NCBI GenBank assembly: GCA_000165425.1
Contig: CT868063.1
Location: 372,001 to 436,000, forward strand
Origin: Paramecium tetraurelia
Lineage: Eukaryota
Reading direction: 5' to 3'
DNA: 64,000 bases
Every line of letters begins with the position of its first letter. The stretch's first letter is position 1. The position numbers were made by a program, and so were the translations under genes. The notes below the pieces were generated by a model. It did not search any database, was not told the origin of the DNA, and was given only the letters and a program-made list of their open reading frames with translations. Positions 14,612-41,204 of the stretch are shown in pieces.

Positions 14612-16345
14612 ATGGACTTTTATATTGATACATTTTTATTTAAAAAAATAAACAAAATTTATTCTTATGTTAGATATTATTCATAAAAAAGTAAAGTTGG
14701 ATATTGAATAAATCTATATTGACAAATCCTGTCGAACCCCTAATCATCAGAGGGAAAACGAATCTCAATCAACTAAATTGTATTAAGACGTAATCAATGA
14801 TCTCCCTATTACAGGAGAATGTGACTAATCATTCTCTTTGGATTCAGAAATCATTCAATTACTTAAATATTCTTAGTATTATGGAATGCAAATACTTTCT
14901 AAATTCGTTGACTCTTCAATCCTCATCGAAAAACTCAGACTCAAGCAGGTGTCATTGAAAAAAGAATTGATGATCTATTTCCTTTAAAATGTTAGAAATC
15001 AATCGCCATTGTTGCATGACCTAATCTATTTGGAAGCGGCTAATTTAGACAAAGACATTAGATCTGCTTCAATTGAATGTATGAGCAGACTTAAAGTCAA
15101 TGATGATTAAGAAATCCTCAATTTAATTAGAAAACCAAAAGACAGCTTGGAATTGTTATCGAATCATTCAAAAGGACTGCTTGTATCAATCCTAGAAGAT
15201 TAATATTACATTATCAGAATAAATGCGATTAGGGCTATTATGAATTTTAATAAACAATCCACTGTATTTGCCAACCATGTCTTAGAAATATTAATTAATA
15301 TGCTTAATGATGAATGCGACTTAGTAAGAATAGAAGCAATCCAAGTCCTACTAAATTACCCTAAAATTGAATTTAATAGAGGAGATTCCAATGCAATTAA
15401 ATTCAATTTGAATGAATAAAGTTTCAAATTAAGAAAAGCCATCTATGATCTTATTGGTTAATCCATATTCCCAGAAACTCTCCACGATATTTTTGAATCA
15501 AGTAATTATCCTCTTTAATTTTAGTCTGTTTGAATCTAACCAAATTCCCACAAGATTTTATATACATCGCCAATTCAGTCAGGCAGTTAGCCCTTAAAAA
15601 CCCTAATATTTTGTAGATACCTGACATCATCAAAAGAGAAAGACTAACATAAGAACCCAACATTTACTAAGAATCATAGGATTATATCGTCAGAATGATT
15701 TATGCCTATTACACTACAAGAAAAGAATCTGATCCATTCTACTTTTCCAAGCATTTCGCCTATTTCTCTGATAAATATCCAGACCTCTTTTAATCCAATA
15801 AAGTCACTCCAGATGAATTTTATGCCTTTAAATTGTATAACGATTATTAGCAACTAATGAAAGAAGTCTTTAATTCTCTTAAAATATACAGATTACAAGA
15901 ATGCAAATAAATCTATTCAGAATTATGTGCTAAATACGAATTTGACCAATCAATTATTCCTCCCCCTCCTTTAGAATACAATCATGAGTTTAGAGTGCCT
16001 AATTGGGAAATCACTAAGTTTCAGAGCAGATCCTTTAAGTTTATTTTGCCACTAGAAGGAACTAAATTCAAAGTTTATCCAGAATTTCCATTAACCTTTG
16101 TAATATAGGGGGAGTTCAGAAATTTGAAAATGCCAGTATCAAAAAATTATGCTATCTAACTCCTATTCATGGATGGAACAAGCGAACTTAATAAGATTTC
16201 TTAAATTGAGGATAACATAATTAAAGCTACTCTCGAGATGTAAAGAAAAGTGCAAGACATCTCTTAGGCAGCCAAAATACTCTTTGTTCAATTAGCAGAT
16301 GGATTATAATTGGGTAACCCTATAAACATCTATCTATAAATCTGA
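14612..16345 (+). CDS. INTS4: Integrator complex subunit 4-like HEAT-repeat protein
   Basis: GLLVSILEDQYYIIRINAIRAI...FANHVLEILINMLNDECDLVRIEAIQVL matches the INTS4 block as recalled (GAFVHGLEDE..EVRIAAV...FAEKCLDFLVDMFNDE..EVRLQSI). Confidence 0.7.
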
Positions 16346-16451
16346 TTTTGTTTTTATAAATAGATTTAAATATATATATTTATTCATTCACCTTGTGTTA
16401 TTCCTATTTTTAAGGTCATTTTAATATGAATTTTCTTAATTTAATATTTTT

Positions 16452-16908
16452 ATGAATAAAATTGATATAATTAAAAAATTTTCGCTTGAATATTCGGATG
16501 AATTTTTGAAAAGAGTTGAAAATTAGAGTTTGCCTTAAATTATTAAGCTCATTTTTGAGAGTCCAATTGCAAAAATAGCTAAACCTATTGATTTGAAAAA
16601 TCTCAAGCAATTAAACAAACCTACATTATTTGAAATTTCAGCTGTTTAAAATATAAGCGAGCCAAAAAAGACCCGGTATATGAACACTAAGGATTGTACC
16701 TTATAATTTATTTTCTATCCAAATATTGTTGCCATCTCTTTATAAAAACACCCTGAATTAGATTAAGACTTATTTTAATTGGAAGGAAAAAAAGTATATT
16801 TTCAAAATATAAATTTAGATATTAATTCCATAGGGAACAGAAATTTGTAGATCCATTTTGATTTTAAAATAATTCACTCTTATTAATGATTACAATTAGT
16901 TACTTTGA
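16452..16908 (+). CDS. Small RMI1/TDRD3 N-terminal OB-fold-like protein
   Basis: LFEISAVQNISEPKK...TLQFIF...VAISLQKHPEL...LEGKKILIPQGTEICRSILIL follows the RMI1_N pattern; one 25-nt intron. Confidence 0.55.
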
Positions 16909-17228
16909 TAAGAAATTCTGATTAATTTTTTAAACTATTTTAATAATAAAAAACACTCCAATTATATTTAAAAGTTCTCTTAATACATCAATTTTTGAAT
17001 TGGTTTATTCATTCCCTAAGAAGATAGATATAAGTTAGAAATTATTCCAAAGTCTCTCCAACATTTTAATTTAAATTTATATATATAGCTCATATATTAA
17101 ATACTGATTCCAGTTAATACTTAAGTCAAAGGATTAAATCGCAATTAAAATAAGCATTTATAATAAAAATTTGCATAATTTCTATTATTCCTGCTTAAGT
17201 AAAATTAGTTGCTTTACATTGATTAATT

Positions 17229-18906
17229 ATGCTATTATATTTTTTACAAAAAGAGCCAGATGAAAGATGTCATAAAGATCATTTAGCCATTGAAGATCAA
17301 TTGATTTGCTTATAATATTTTGATCTCTTACTTAATTAAACAAAAACTAAACTCTATAAGGCTTTGCTTCATGTGATGGCACAAAATGCGGTGCTGACAA
17401 ATTATGAATCGGGTAGTTTTAATTCACTATGAAGGTACAATCATTTGGAAATTTAATGATAAATAGGATAAAATTATGATCTTATACTCAGGCTAAATAT
17501 AGGAGTATAGAGAAATCTCAGAGGATGAATTAGAAGAAAAAAGAAAAAGCCTAATGAGATTATACAAATCAGATATTTTTATAGATAGACCAGGTCGAAA
17601 GGTTACTGCTACATACTAACAAAATGGTTCATTAAGTTTTACAATTAATGATCAGCCCAGACTACGTAGAGCTTAAGTTTGTGAAATACCCTAAAAGATT
17701 GAATTGAAAAGAACAAGCAGTATACGGCACAACCGCTTTCCTCAATTACCGCAATAGTACTTGCAAGCATTAAATACAGAATTACATTAACTTTTAAAAG
17801 GCATAATCTTACACAATGAATCCTACTTTTAATATTTATTAAATCAATGCGTTTGTAATACAAAACAAACTCATTCATTTCAAGAAGGGGAATTATTAAA
17901 TAATGATCCTCTGTTGAAAAAACACAACACTATGCTTCTTGCACTAACTGATTGTGTAATCATTTAGATGAATTTAAGTGATTATTAAAATGTAGAGAAC
18001 TAAATCAAAATTTAAAAATAATCAAAAATTTATCGACAATTAGAAGCAGGTTTTGTTAGCGAAATTGCTAAATCAGAAACTGAAATGCATTAACTAATTA
18101 AAACCTTAATGGGTAAATTTATAAAATTTAAATATAATATTAATAGTACTATTTATTAGAAAGGACAATCTTTGACATATATTTATGTTATTGTTTCAGG
18201 GGAATGCCAAATTAATGATGATAATAATGCTTTGGCTCGGGTGAATTAAGGATGTTTATTGGGAGAAGAGTCATTTGATAATGCTTAATATTAATACAAA
18301 TGCGTTACAACAACTAAATGTAAATTATATGGAGTCAAAATTATTGACATAAACATATTATGTCAACGCTACAATTGGTTTAAAAATCAATTACTAAAAA
18401 AAAAGTAGATCAAATCGAATTGGTTAAATAGTAGATGTATAGACTAATAGAATAGAAAACGAATAGATTCAACCACCCTGAAATCACAATTTCATATATA
18501 AATTAATAAGATTCCAACTACTTCACAATAATATAATAAAACTCACAGGTCTACATAATCGTAGAACATATTTGACAAAAACTAATATTAAGAGATAATG
18601 TCTTATCGTGGCTAATATAGAAATTCTAGCAGGCAGAAAATAAAGATGAAACTACCAAAACAACATTAATCTTAACCTAGTTTTTCCAAAGATTTTAGTA
18701 ATGATTTTGATATCGTACCTATGCTAATGAATTTAGACAAGTAGCAAAGTAATAATCTTAAAGAATTACTAAAAAAAGGCAAAATTAAACCTTATCAATA
18801 ATTTCAAAATTAAAATCAAAAACCCTCTACTGCATAATTATTATCCATTCCTTGTAAGGAGTCCACTTTAAAAATTATGAAACGTATCCAATAATATTTA
18901 GGCTGA
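17229..18906 (+). CDS. Cyclic-nucleotide-binding domain protein
   Basis: GTIIWKFNDKQDKIMILYSGQI and YIYVIVSGECQI...GCLLGEESF...YQYKCVTTTKCKLYGV are cNMP beta-roll motifs; start approximate. Confidence 0.7.
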
Positions 18907-19097
18907 TTAAATAATGAATATTTAAATTTTCACATGTCAAAAAATTATCAATAATTTATTAGTAATGATTAAAGACGGAGATTACACTCTAATGAAATAT
19001 TATAGTTAAAAATGATATTAACTAAGGATTACAGAATTATAAATAGATTTTATTTAAGAAATTAAAAGGATATTAATTACTTCTATGTTTAAAATTT

Positions 19098-31644
<12,547 letters not shown>

Positions 31645-32196
31645 AATAAATTTATAATCCGTTTTTATGTTTAATTTTTGCAGACAAAAGGTACAAGTTT
31701 TTAATTATAAACATCATTTATTATTTTATTATGTTTAATTTGTGATGAAGGACAAGAGAATTAGTTTTAAAATATATTATCAATTTTAAGAATTTTGGGA
31801 TTATAGAAATAATTGTATCTATTTATATTCTGAATATGTTTAAATATATCGTAGAATCTAGTTAAAAAGCAAAAGAGATTAGGAATGTTTTATCATCTAG
31901 TGTACCAATAGAAACAGATATTATTATTTTTTTTTAATTATATTTCTTCATACCAAAGAATTAGAGGAATCTTAATTGCATTCTTTCATTTATAATTGTT
32001 AATCATTATTATATTGATAAATTATACATTTTGTATTTTCCTAACTGCTTGTGTAGTTAAGTGTAATTAATGTTTTTAAAACTGGTAGAAACCAAGGTTA
32101 AAGGCTTTAAAATAGACAACAATCTTCAAATCTTATGCTTATTAAATATTAATATAGATTTTCATTAAATTTAATAGAGTTAATCACTAACAAAAG

Positions 32197-34770
32197 ATGG
32201 ATTTTAAACGTTATATATTTATTCATTTGTAGAACCTAGTTATAAAAATGTATTATATGCACAGATTAATTAATTCCAAATTAAGGTTGTGGTTAACAAA
32301 TATCTATTTAAACCCAATTTACACGAAAAAGTAAAAATAATAACTGTTGTATCTACTACTAAATTTTAAGATTTTCAAAAAAATTAAATTGAGTGCTTCA
32401 CCTATTAATTGATAAATCATTATATACTTGAATATCACATAGCTTTAAATTATCAAGAATTTATTAGTCCCTCACCACTTCTTAGAAGATTAAAGAGATC
32501 ATTAAATAAAGATCATGGTACTTGAAGTAAAATTTACTTCTGATATTTTCTATATTGGTTATGTTTTCAAATAAGACAAACTTTATTCTGGATGAAAGTT
32601 AATCTTATTAAGAGTTTCCAAGAATAATGTTGATTTTTTCCATATGGAGATATCATATCATTTTTGAATGTAACACACTTATTAAAAAAATAACATTTTT
32701 TTTCTAAGAATTTTCAACACCAGAGAAGATTTCATGAAACTAAATCAAATTCAACACCTAATTTTAACAAAGATTAAGAAATTGGCATGTTACTTTATTG
32801 AAAAATATTTGCCAATATGAAATTAATTAGAACTAGTTTTAAAGAAATTTATAATCATCAAAGTTAATTTTTCAAAGTTAAAAATTTTAATATAAATATA
32901 TTAGGAATTTGAGGTTACCGAATTGAATAAAATATTTAATCAACAAAATGGATGGAAGATAAATGATATAAAGTATTACAAAGACAAGGAAAAAATAATA
33001 TGATTTAGGCGAATTAGATAAAATAATTTCATAAAGGATAAGTGAAATTAAATTGAAAGGAAAATAGAGCCAATAATGATATGGTAACATTTTCAAGGTT
33101 GAATAACGGCAAAAAAATGAGTTAAATTAGTAAAAGATAAGAATTATATCACAAACAGTGAGGAAAGATAATTAGATTTAATATCTTGATAAAACCTATT
33201 TTTATTGTTCTATTTAGATCTTTTAATAGAATAAATCAAATAAAATACCAAATGTTTTTACTTTGAGGGACTATGTTCAAATATTTATTATTTTTATAGA
33301 ATGTTGATTTATACTAACAAAATAATAAAGGTTTTTAATAATTAAAAAACATGATAATGATGTTTTTAGGGAAAATTCTTAATTCTAAAATTATTGTCAT
33401 TTTTTCAATTATAAAATTTTGATATTATAAATTGATTAGCTATAAGGAAAGCTTTCAGTAAAACAAAATTAAATATGTACTTTAAACCCTATTAATTATT
33501 TTACAAAGGCAAACTTTCATTTTATTTATAATGATTCTTAATTTTGTGATTAATAGAGATTTATATTTTGATTAATATTTATTATTAAGAAAAGAATAGT
33601 AGCAGAAAACTTCTTGATTAATTTTGTTAATATTTTTTTATTTAAATTCAAACAAATCAATGAATTGCAGCCTCTTCTCTTATTATGTTGAATAGACATT
33701 GCCAAATTATGTTGAATAGAAATTGGAGGAATGTTTTGTATAATTGAGTAATAATTAAAACATAATAATGTGTGTCGACCTGATATGTGAATAGATTGAA
33801 TTTTGTCGAAAATTGTGTAATCGATTGTAAGCACAAAAATAATTATTAATATTGATTAAATTATTGGAACATCAAATCTATTCGATAAAAGATGTTGAAA
33901 AAAATAATACGTATCTGCTATCCTATTAAGATGTGTATGTATTTTAAATAATACTCAGAATGCTTTGTATAATGATTTAATTCGAATCAAAAAAATATGA
34001 TGATAATTTTGACAATGATTATACAGAAAAGTAAGTAATATTTAATAAATTTTAGATTTAGTAACGATTTAGTTAAGTGTTTCTTAATATTAAGAACTAA
34101 TTAAACAAACGAATTAGACTAATAATTATTAGAGATGTTTCTAAAATTATAATCAAGATCTGTTCTATTTTATAAGTATTTGACAAAATTGAGTGAACAA
34201 TTTTAATTGAGAAATTGTTGTTTATCACTAAGGAAATTAAAATTGGAGTTAAAAAAAAAACAGAGAGAATAAATCATAGGAAAAAGACGTTAATGTGATT
34301 CAATCAAATAAGAATTTAAAGAAGACTGCTCCAATTCATTTTTTGAATAAAATGATTTTAGAATTAAAGATAAAAGGCTTTAAATGATAATGAATGTGAA
34401 ATAACCAAAATAAGAACAACAATTGATATCATTTTAAGATATATTAAAATAGAAAGAAAATACAAAATTTATCAATACTACAGAATCCACATTGAGTCGG
34501 CCTTCATTAAATAAAAGAACAATAAATGGTGGCATCAATGGAAAATACAAAGTATTTAAATATATTTAATTTCAAGTTAGGAAATGAGATAAAAGTACTC
34601 AGAAAAACTACTTCTTCCAGCAATAAAAAAAACAATAAAGATGAAATGCAACCATATTAAATTTTATAATAATAATACTAATTAGAATTTTGCCGAGAGG
34701 TAAGTAGGAAGCTACTAAAATTATAGTAGAAGAAGTAAATGAATTGGAACAGCGAATATTTAGCTGCTGA
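32197..34770 (+). pseudogene. Probable decayed gene or genes
   Basis: ATG plus a canonical tiny intron at ~32210, then protein-like segments repeatedly broken by TGA and frame switches. Confidence 0.35.
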
Positions 34771-34876
34771 TACCGAATCTGATAGTTGTTTTAATTGATA
34801 ATTTAATTCATAAACTAGTCGTTTTTGTTGTAAATCTAAGCCTTTTTATTGTGTTCATTTTCATAAATATATTTTA

Positions 34877-35999
34877 ATGAAAACATTATTTCTTATTGCC
34901 TTGATTGCTATTGCATTCACAGCTAGAGTTTAAGAAAGAAGCCTTTCAAAAATTACAACAGATTTGAAAAAGAGTACATATGGAAGTGCTCTTCTTCATT
35001 TGGTTGAACTACATTCAATGGCTGGTGGTCCAGTCTAAGAGTTGATTGATGCAATCGAAGAATTAATTAATGATCTTGAAGAAGAACTGGAAGAATTAGA
35101 ATTCAATTTCTAATAGAGAACAAATGAGCACAATTCATTAGTCATAGGATATGAATAAGATATTTAAGATGCTGTGATTGGTATTTTACTTATAAATTGT
35201 TAGATGTCAATAATACATAGGACACTTTAGATAATTTATTATTCCCAAGAAGAGAACAACTCTAAGTGAGAATCGAATAAATTTAAGAAAACTAAGAAGC
35301 AAATAGAAAAAATTATGATGAAGCTGTTCTTACAAGAGAATAAGAACATGAAGATTTTGAATTCTAAATTGCAGAATTGAATGATGCCACTACAGCTGTT
35401 GATGATGCTTTAGCCCTCCTTTCCTCATTAACAAATCCATCACTTCTTTAGATTAAGAGATTCTAAAATTCCTTAAAGAACATTGAATAAAAGATCAAAT
35501 CAAGATCAAAGATGGCTCCAATGATTAAAGCTCTTATCACATTGGCTTCAAATTAAAATTTCTCAGATTAAGGCATTATTGGCTAAATTGTTGATACTCT
35601 TAATGAATTTAGAAATGCAATTGTTGACTCAATTAATGCCTAAACAGCTGCTGAAGCTGATGCTTAAGCTGAACATGAAGAATATCTTGAATAATTGGAT
35701 GCTGAATATGCTGAATTCTAAAGACAAATCAACAGAGTTAATGTTGATTTGACTGCAACAAATGGTAAAAAATAAATTGAATTTATTTAGAGAAAATTGA
35801 TTAATTAAGTGAATTTAGAGACTAAAGAGAAGCCGATAGAAAATAATACACAGCAGAACTTGAATTAGAAAATAACACCTATGCTGAAGAAACCGATATC
35901 TACACCAACTTAAAGAACGAATTTACAAGAGAACTTGGAATTAGTGAGCAAGCATTGTCAGTTGTTTAAAGTGCTGACTTTAGTAACATTTAAGTTTGA
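34877..35999 (+). CDS. Trichocyst matrix protein precursor (TMP/GRL family, T1-like)
   Basis: Signal MKTLFLIALIAIAFT; pro-region YGSALLHLVELHSMAG-GPVQELIDAIEELINDL; acidic coiled coils; second processing motif QNFSDQG; two introns. Confidence 0.9.
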
Positions 36000-36245
36000 A
36001 AGGAATGACTTTAAGTTTCTTTTTAATATGCAAGAATAAATTTACAATTATAATTTTTTTCATTTCTAAAATATTTGATTTGATTTTTAATCGTGAAAAT
36101 CTTATAATATCATCATTAAATGAATAATCATATAAGCTGTTGCTTATCAATCATGCTTTTATAAAATCTTTTAATTAATTTATAAATATCAATTTATTTT
36201 AACTTTGTTGCAACAAAAGAATCTGATTAGCTTAACTATAGAATT

Positions 36246-37015
36246 ATGAATTTTGAAAATCTATTTTAGCAACACTGCAAATTACATTAGCATAGCAAGA
36301 GTAAGTTTTCGATCACTTTTAAGTGCATCAATCCTTGCAGTATTAAATTAACTATAGCCTATGTAAAAAAGCAAAAAAGTGATTTAGATAAGAATTCGTA
36401 AACCATCAAATAGGGCTAGGACCCATGCAATTAAAGGTTTAATGAATCATAAATTGCAATAAAGGATACATAAAATAAATAAATTAATAATCAACAACAT
36501 TGCTTTAAATAACAAGTATATAACATATCTATTAAAAATTCTATAGATCTAAATACTAAATAAGGTGATTTATAAAGAAAATTTTAGATTAAAGAAGCAA
36601 AAATAACATTAATCATATGAGTAAAAATATAAATGAACTAAAATTCTATTTTTATAAATAATAATTATTGAAATAATAAAAAAGAAAAATGCAAATTAAA
36701 CCACTGAGTAAAACTTTCAAAGGAAAAAATATGTTCATGTTATTTGAAAGAACACTTCTAAAAAATGTCTATCAATTGATTTTATATTAGGATTAAGAAA
36801 GAGAATAGATTTATATTCCGACTTAAAGGTCTTTTTTGCAAGGTGGTGATTTTAAAGCAAAAATTGCACAAGCATGTTGAACAATTAAATAAATATTGTT
36901 TATATCAATTTTTTAGAGAAAAACTTAATCACAGCAGAAGTGATGACAAAGTTCCGTAAGTCAATTAACTTATAGGCTAACTTAAACAACTAAAACCTAA
37001 TCCATAAATCATGAG
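36246..37015 (+). pseudogene. Possible decayed gene
   Basis: ORF MNFENLFQQHCKLH... open for ~125 codons, then broken by TGAs and frame changes. Confidence 0.3.
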
Positions 37016-37577
37016 TACTAAAAATTAGGGATAAGAAATTAATAAAATTAAACTTTTTATTTTTTCTAAAGAATTCCAAAAAAATTCTAGTTTTTAAAAT
37101 CACTGATTTTTTTTTGTAAAAATAATACTATATTTTGAGAATAATAATTATAATGTTATTATTATTGATTATCAGATGAAAGTAGAATTTATTTTATGTA
37201 ATTAGAACGAGTTTAACTGATGAACATTTAATTCGAATTATTATTTAGAAAATAAAAATTCTCATACATTTTTAATAATAATTTGATGATAAATCATTAT
37301 TTAATCATAAATTTATAAGGCCAATATAAATAGTGCAATTTACTTTGTGAAATAAAAATATACTCAAATTACTTTGCTGTGTTTTTCTTAAAGTGATATT
37401 AATTTATATGTAAACTAATTTGTGATCGTTATTCAAATTTTGAAGTGAATTTTATACTTTATCATTAAATGTTCAATTTTCTAATTTATATTAAAATTCT
37501 TACGCATTAAGAACAGCATCTTAAGCATCTCAAATAAATCCTTTGAAATTAATTATTTATTCACTCTCTTTTGTGAA

Positions 37578-38534
37578 ATGATTCATTTGAAAATCCATTT
37601 CAAAGCAGAATTCGGTTTAGCATTGTATGTCTCTGGAAATTCAAAATATTTAGGGTAATGGAATCCTAAATAAGCAATCAGAATGAATTGGAATGAAGTA
37701 ACACTTAATTTAAGCTTAGAATGATATTTGGGAAGTGGAAGTAGCGTATCATGAAATGGAATATAAATATTTTATTTCTCAATACGAGAGTGTTTAAACA
37801 ATTTTGTGGGAATCAGGACCTAATAGAGTAACTACCAATCATGCTATTGATATATGGAACTACCGAAAAGTTTGCTTTTAATGCTTGAATCCATCAAATT
37901 ACGAAGTTTATATTTCTGGATCACCAGAGTCTATGGGACAATTTTAAAAAAGAATCAGAATGAAAAATAAACAAGGGATCTCATAATACGTTTGCCAGTT
38001 AGACATTACAGATTCTTAGATTCAATATTAATATCACTTTCTGACTAAAAGTGAATTTTCAAGCCCTGTTTATAAGCTGAATTTAGAATAGGAATGTATA
38101 ATTGTTTTCTTAATTTTAGAATCATATTATAAGGATGCCTTACTTGTTTATTAGGATGGACTGGCAAAGGTAAAATAAATGCTTTTTTAACTGAATAAAA
38201 ATATTTGTTACGGATATGTCCCGTAGACAAAAGAAGATTATAGAACTCTAAAGAAATTTAATCTAAAGACAATCGTGGAATTCTGTAATACCTAAGAGAA
38301 AAGTTTATTGGAACAATAACATTAGAAAGATGACTGCCTTCATATGATAGTCAATCTTTACCATTTTAAACAAGAGAATTTCACTCAAAGATTGCTTTAA
38401 CTTATTCAGGTTTTTATCTAAAAATACAAAGTAAAGAATTTAATTTAAAATAGTTTATTTATATCTGTAATAATTCGCTCTCTCATCTTAGAAAATATCT
38501 ATAAGTCTATGAAAAACTCTCAAAATGCCAATGA
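37578..38534 (+). CDS. Laforin-like protein: CBM20 + degenerate CBM20 + degenerate dual-specificity phosphatase domain
   Basis: FGLALYVSGNSKYLGQWNPKQAIRMNW...EYKY...WESGPNR (CBM20); NICYGYVPQTKED...TIVEFC (DSP start); active-site loop reads YICNNSLSH. Confidence 0.75.
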
Positions 38535-38597
38535 AGCATTGAATAAAATATTCTAATGTGTATAAATCTATTCTAATAAGTAACAAAATATTATAAT

Positions 38598-40924
38598 TCA
38601 TCTTTCTTTTGTATCAGTATTTTATATATAATTCCAGAACTATTATTATTATTCATTCCAATTATGAACTTCCTTATTAAGTGACTCCCCTTCATTGTAA
38701 TTCAATAAGATTTCTTATTCAGGGTCAATATTTTTTATAGCAAATATAGCCAATTGATATTATCCTAAAAAAAATGATAATTTTATATTTTACCACAAGT
38801 AAAAATTTGATTTGTTCTACAATTATTTAAATTTAGGCTGTTATGATTGATGAATCTGCTTTCATTTCCGCAAAATCTACTGTCTAATGAATATCTCTCA
38901 TCACTTAATTAGTAATTATAGAATGAGAATGCATCATCAAATTAATCTCTTATTTCGTCTTCATCATCAATTATAGCCTCCCCTATATATAAAATAATTA
39001 ATTCTCCTTTCATTATAAAGTGCTTTGAAAATAGTCCAAGTCCACTACAAACTGTAGATCGAGCTAAAAGGGTAGGTTTCACATTTTTTATTAATATTTA
39101 TGTGTTGGAACAAATAAAGTTAGAATCAATTGAACAGCATTTACAAACTAAAGGGTCACATTCCATATTATCCTTTCTGCAAGAGCATCGGCTATCAAAA
39201 GAGCATCGATCCTTGCAATTACAACCCCGATATTTTTTAAGGCATAAATTGGAAGGACAATCACAATATTTTGAACAAAATGTTTCACATTTACATTATT
39301 CACATTGAAAATCTTATTTATGACAGCAGGATATATATAATGATGCAGATTTATATGGATTATTAATTAATGCGTTTTAATCTTTATCTTATTAGATTTC
39401 TTTTAGGGCTTTTATGTAATCTTCTCTTAGTTCGTTATATTAAAGTTTAGCTAAAAGAAAAATTGATAAGCAGTCGAATTTATGCAGTTTAGCTAAAATG
39501 CAAGGATCTTAATCAATTTTTATTGTTTTTTTCATATCAAGAAGATTTTGCGGTAAGTTGTTTTTTTTAATTTGATTATAATTGTTAGGATTCTTATAGC
39601 ATTTAACACTGCATGCAAATTTCATATTATATTACAAGACATCGTTAACCCATATAATTTTCTTACCATTTACTTTATAATTCAATGCTTAGCAATAATC
39701 TAAGAGATTTCTTAATTAAGATAATTGATTATTAAATTTACAATTGCATTTAGATGAAAATCTTAAGCAAGAGTTACACAAAAATGCTTTATCTTTATCT
39801 ATATATTCATGAGTTTGAAATGATTTGTATGAAAGTTACTAAATTTCGTTAAGGTTGAATTGTTAAATACAATTTATTTTTTGGAAAATTGTCGGTTTTA
39901 TTTTGAAAAATTATTGATTTTATAATTAAAGAAAAATTAAACCTAACGAATAGAAGTTAATTTTTAATGATATATTCTTTTTTGATATTTTTTCTTTTAT
40001 AAAGGTTTATAAATCTTCTAAATTTAATTGAGAAATATTCTATTGCTCTACAACATATAAATATANNNNNNNNNNNNNNNNNNNNNNNNNNNNNNNNNNN
40101 NNNNNNNNNNNNNNNNNNNNNNNNNNNNNNNNNNNNNNNNNNNNNNNNNNNNNNNNNNNNNNNNNNNNNNNNNNNNNNNNNNNNNNNNNNNNNNNNNNNN
40201 NNNNNNNNNNNNNNNATAATGAATATAATTAGGCTAAATATGGAAAAGATTAATCACTTATGTCATAATTATGCAGAGCAAATTTTGAATTTAATTTTAT
40301 CATCTCAATAATACCATCTTAAGATCTCCAAACATCTCTTGGAATTTTCAGAATTTCTAATTTAAATTTTTCCCTTAAATCAGTAGTAAAATTGTATTTA
40401 AATTGGACATCTTAAACTTCTAATCTCTAAATTAGTAGAATATATACTTTTATATTTTAGTCAATTTGAAAGTAGTTTGTATATTAATGCACAGATTATG
40501 GTGAGATATTGTGTATTATAACATTCTGATTATAGTGTAATAGTAAAAAGACTTAAGTGTCGATTGGTAAGTTTGATTTTTTGATTTTTTAAACTTATTT
40601 TTTTAATGGAATCCATTCAATCTTCGGATATTTAAGCAATTTTACATTTATTTTATTTATTTTTAAAAACTAATATTATAGATTGAATTATTTTACCTAA
40701 TCAATCTATGGCTTTAATAGAAATTTAATATTTTGCTCAACCTATTAAATTAATTCATCACTCTTGGGGTTATAATCAAATATCCTTTATAAATTAAGAT
40801 TTCCTTTTTGTCGAAGATTGTAATTCCAAAATGAGTCTGTTTCTTCTACTTTATAATCTAAAGGAGATTATGTAGTATTTTTAGGAGTACTAGCCAAATT
40901 ATTAGTCTCTTAATCTTTGTCCAT
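38598..40924 (-). CDS. EZL: Enhancer-of-zeste-like histone methyltransferase (CXC + SET); paralogue not resolved; spans an assembly gap
   Basis: CXC: FCSKYCDC..CLKKYRGCNC..C..CSCRKDNMECDPLVC; SET: GLGLF, YIGEAII, DSRFCGNESRFINHNS, AIFAIKNIDPEQEILLNY. Confidence 0.88.
40066..40215. other. Assembly gap (150 N)
   Basis: Run of n. Confidence 1.
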
Positions 40925-41204
40925 TATATTTACTAGTGAATATTTACTTGAGCTTAAATTTTCTAGGTTTATTAATATTTGAGTTTAATTTTTGATAAAT
41001 TTATTAAGCTTTTGTGCAAATTATTAAAAGCATTTTATAATAACGATATGAATATAATTATTTTAATAACATTGATTTTATCAGTATTATTAAAATATTT
41101 AGCACACAAGATTATGATATTAAGCTTAATGTAGATTGATTACACGCTATAAAAAATTATATTAGAACAAATATATGATCAAAAAATCTGTTTTTAATAT
41201 TCTA

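Noticed and set aside
40066..40215. N-run as an IES or mobile element site
   Set aside because: It is only missing data, and coding-like sequence continues on both sides
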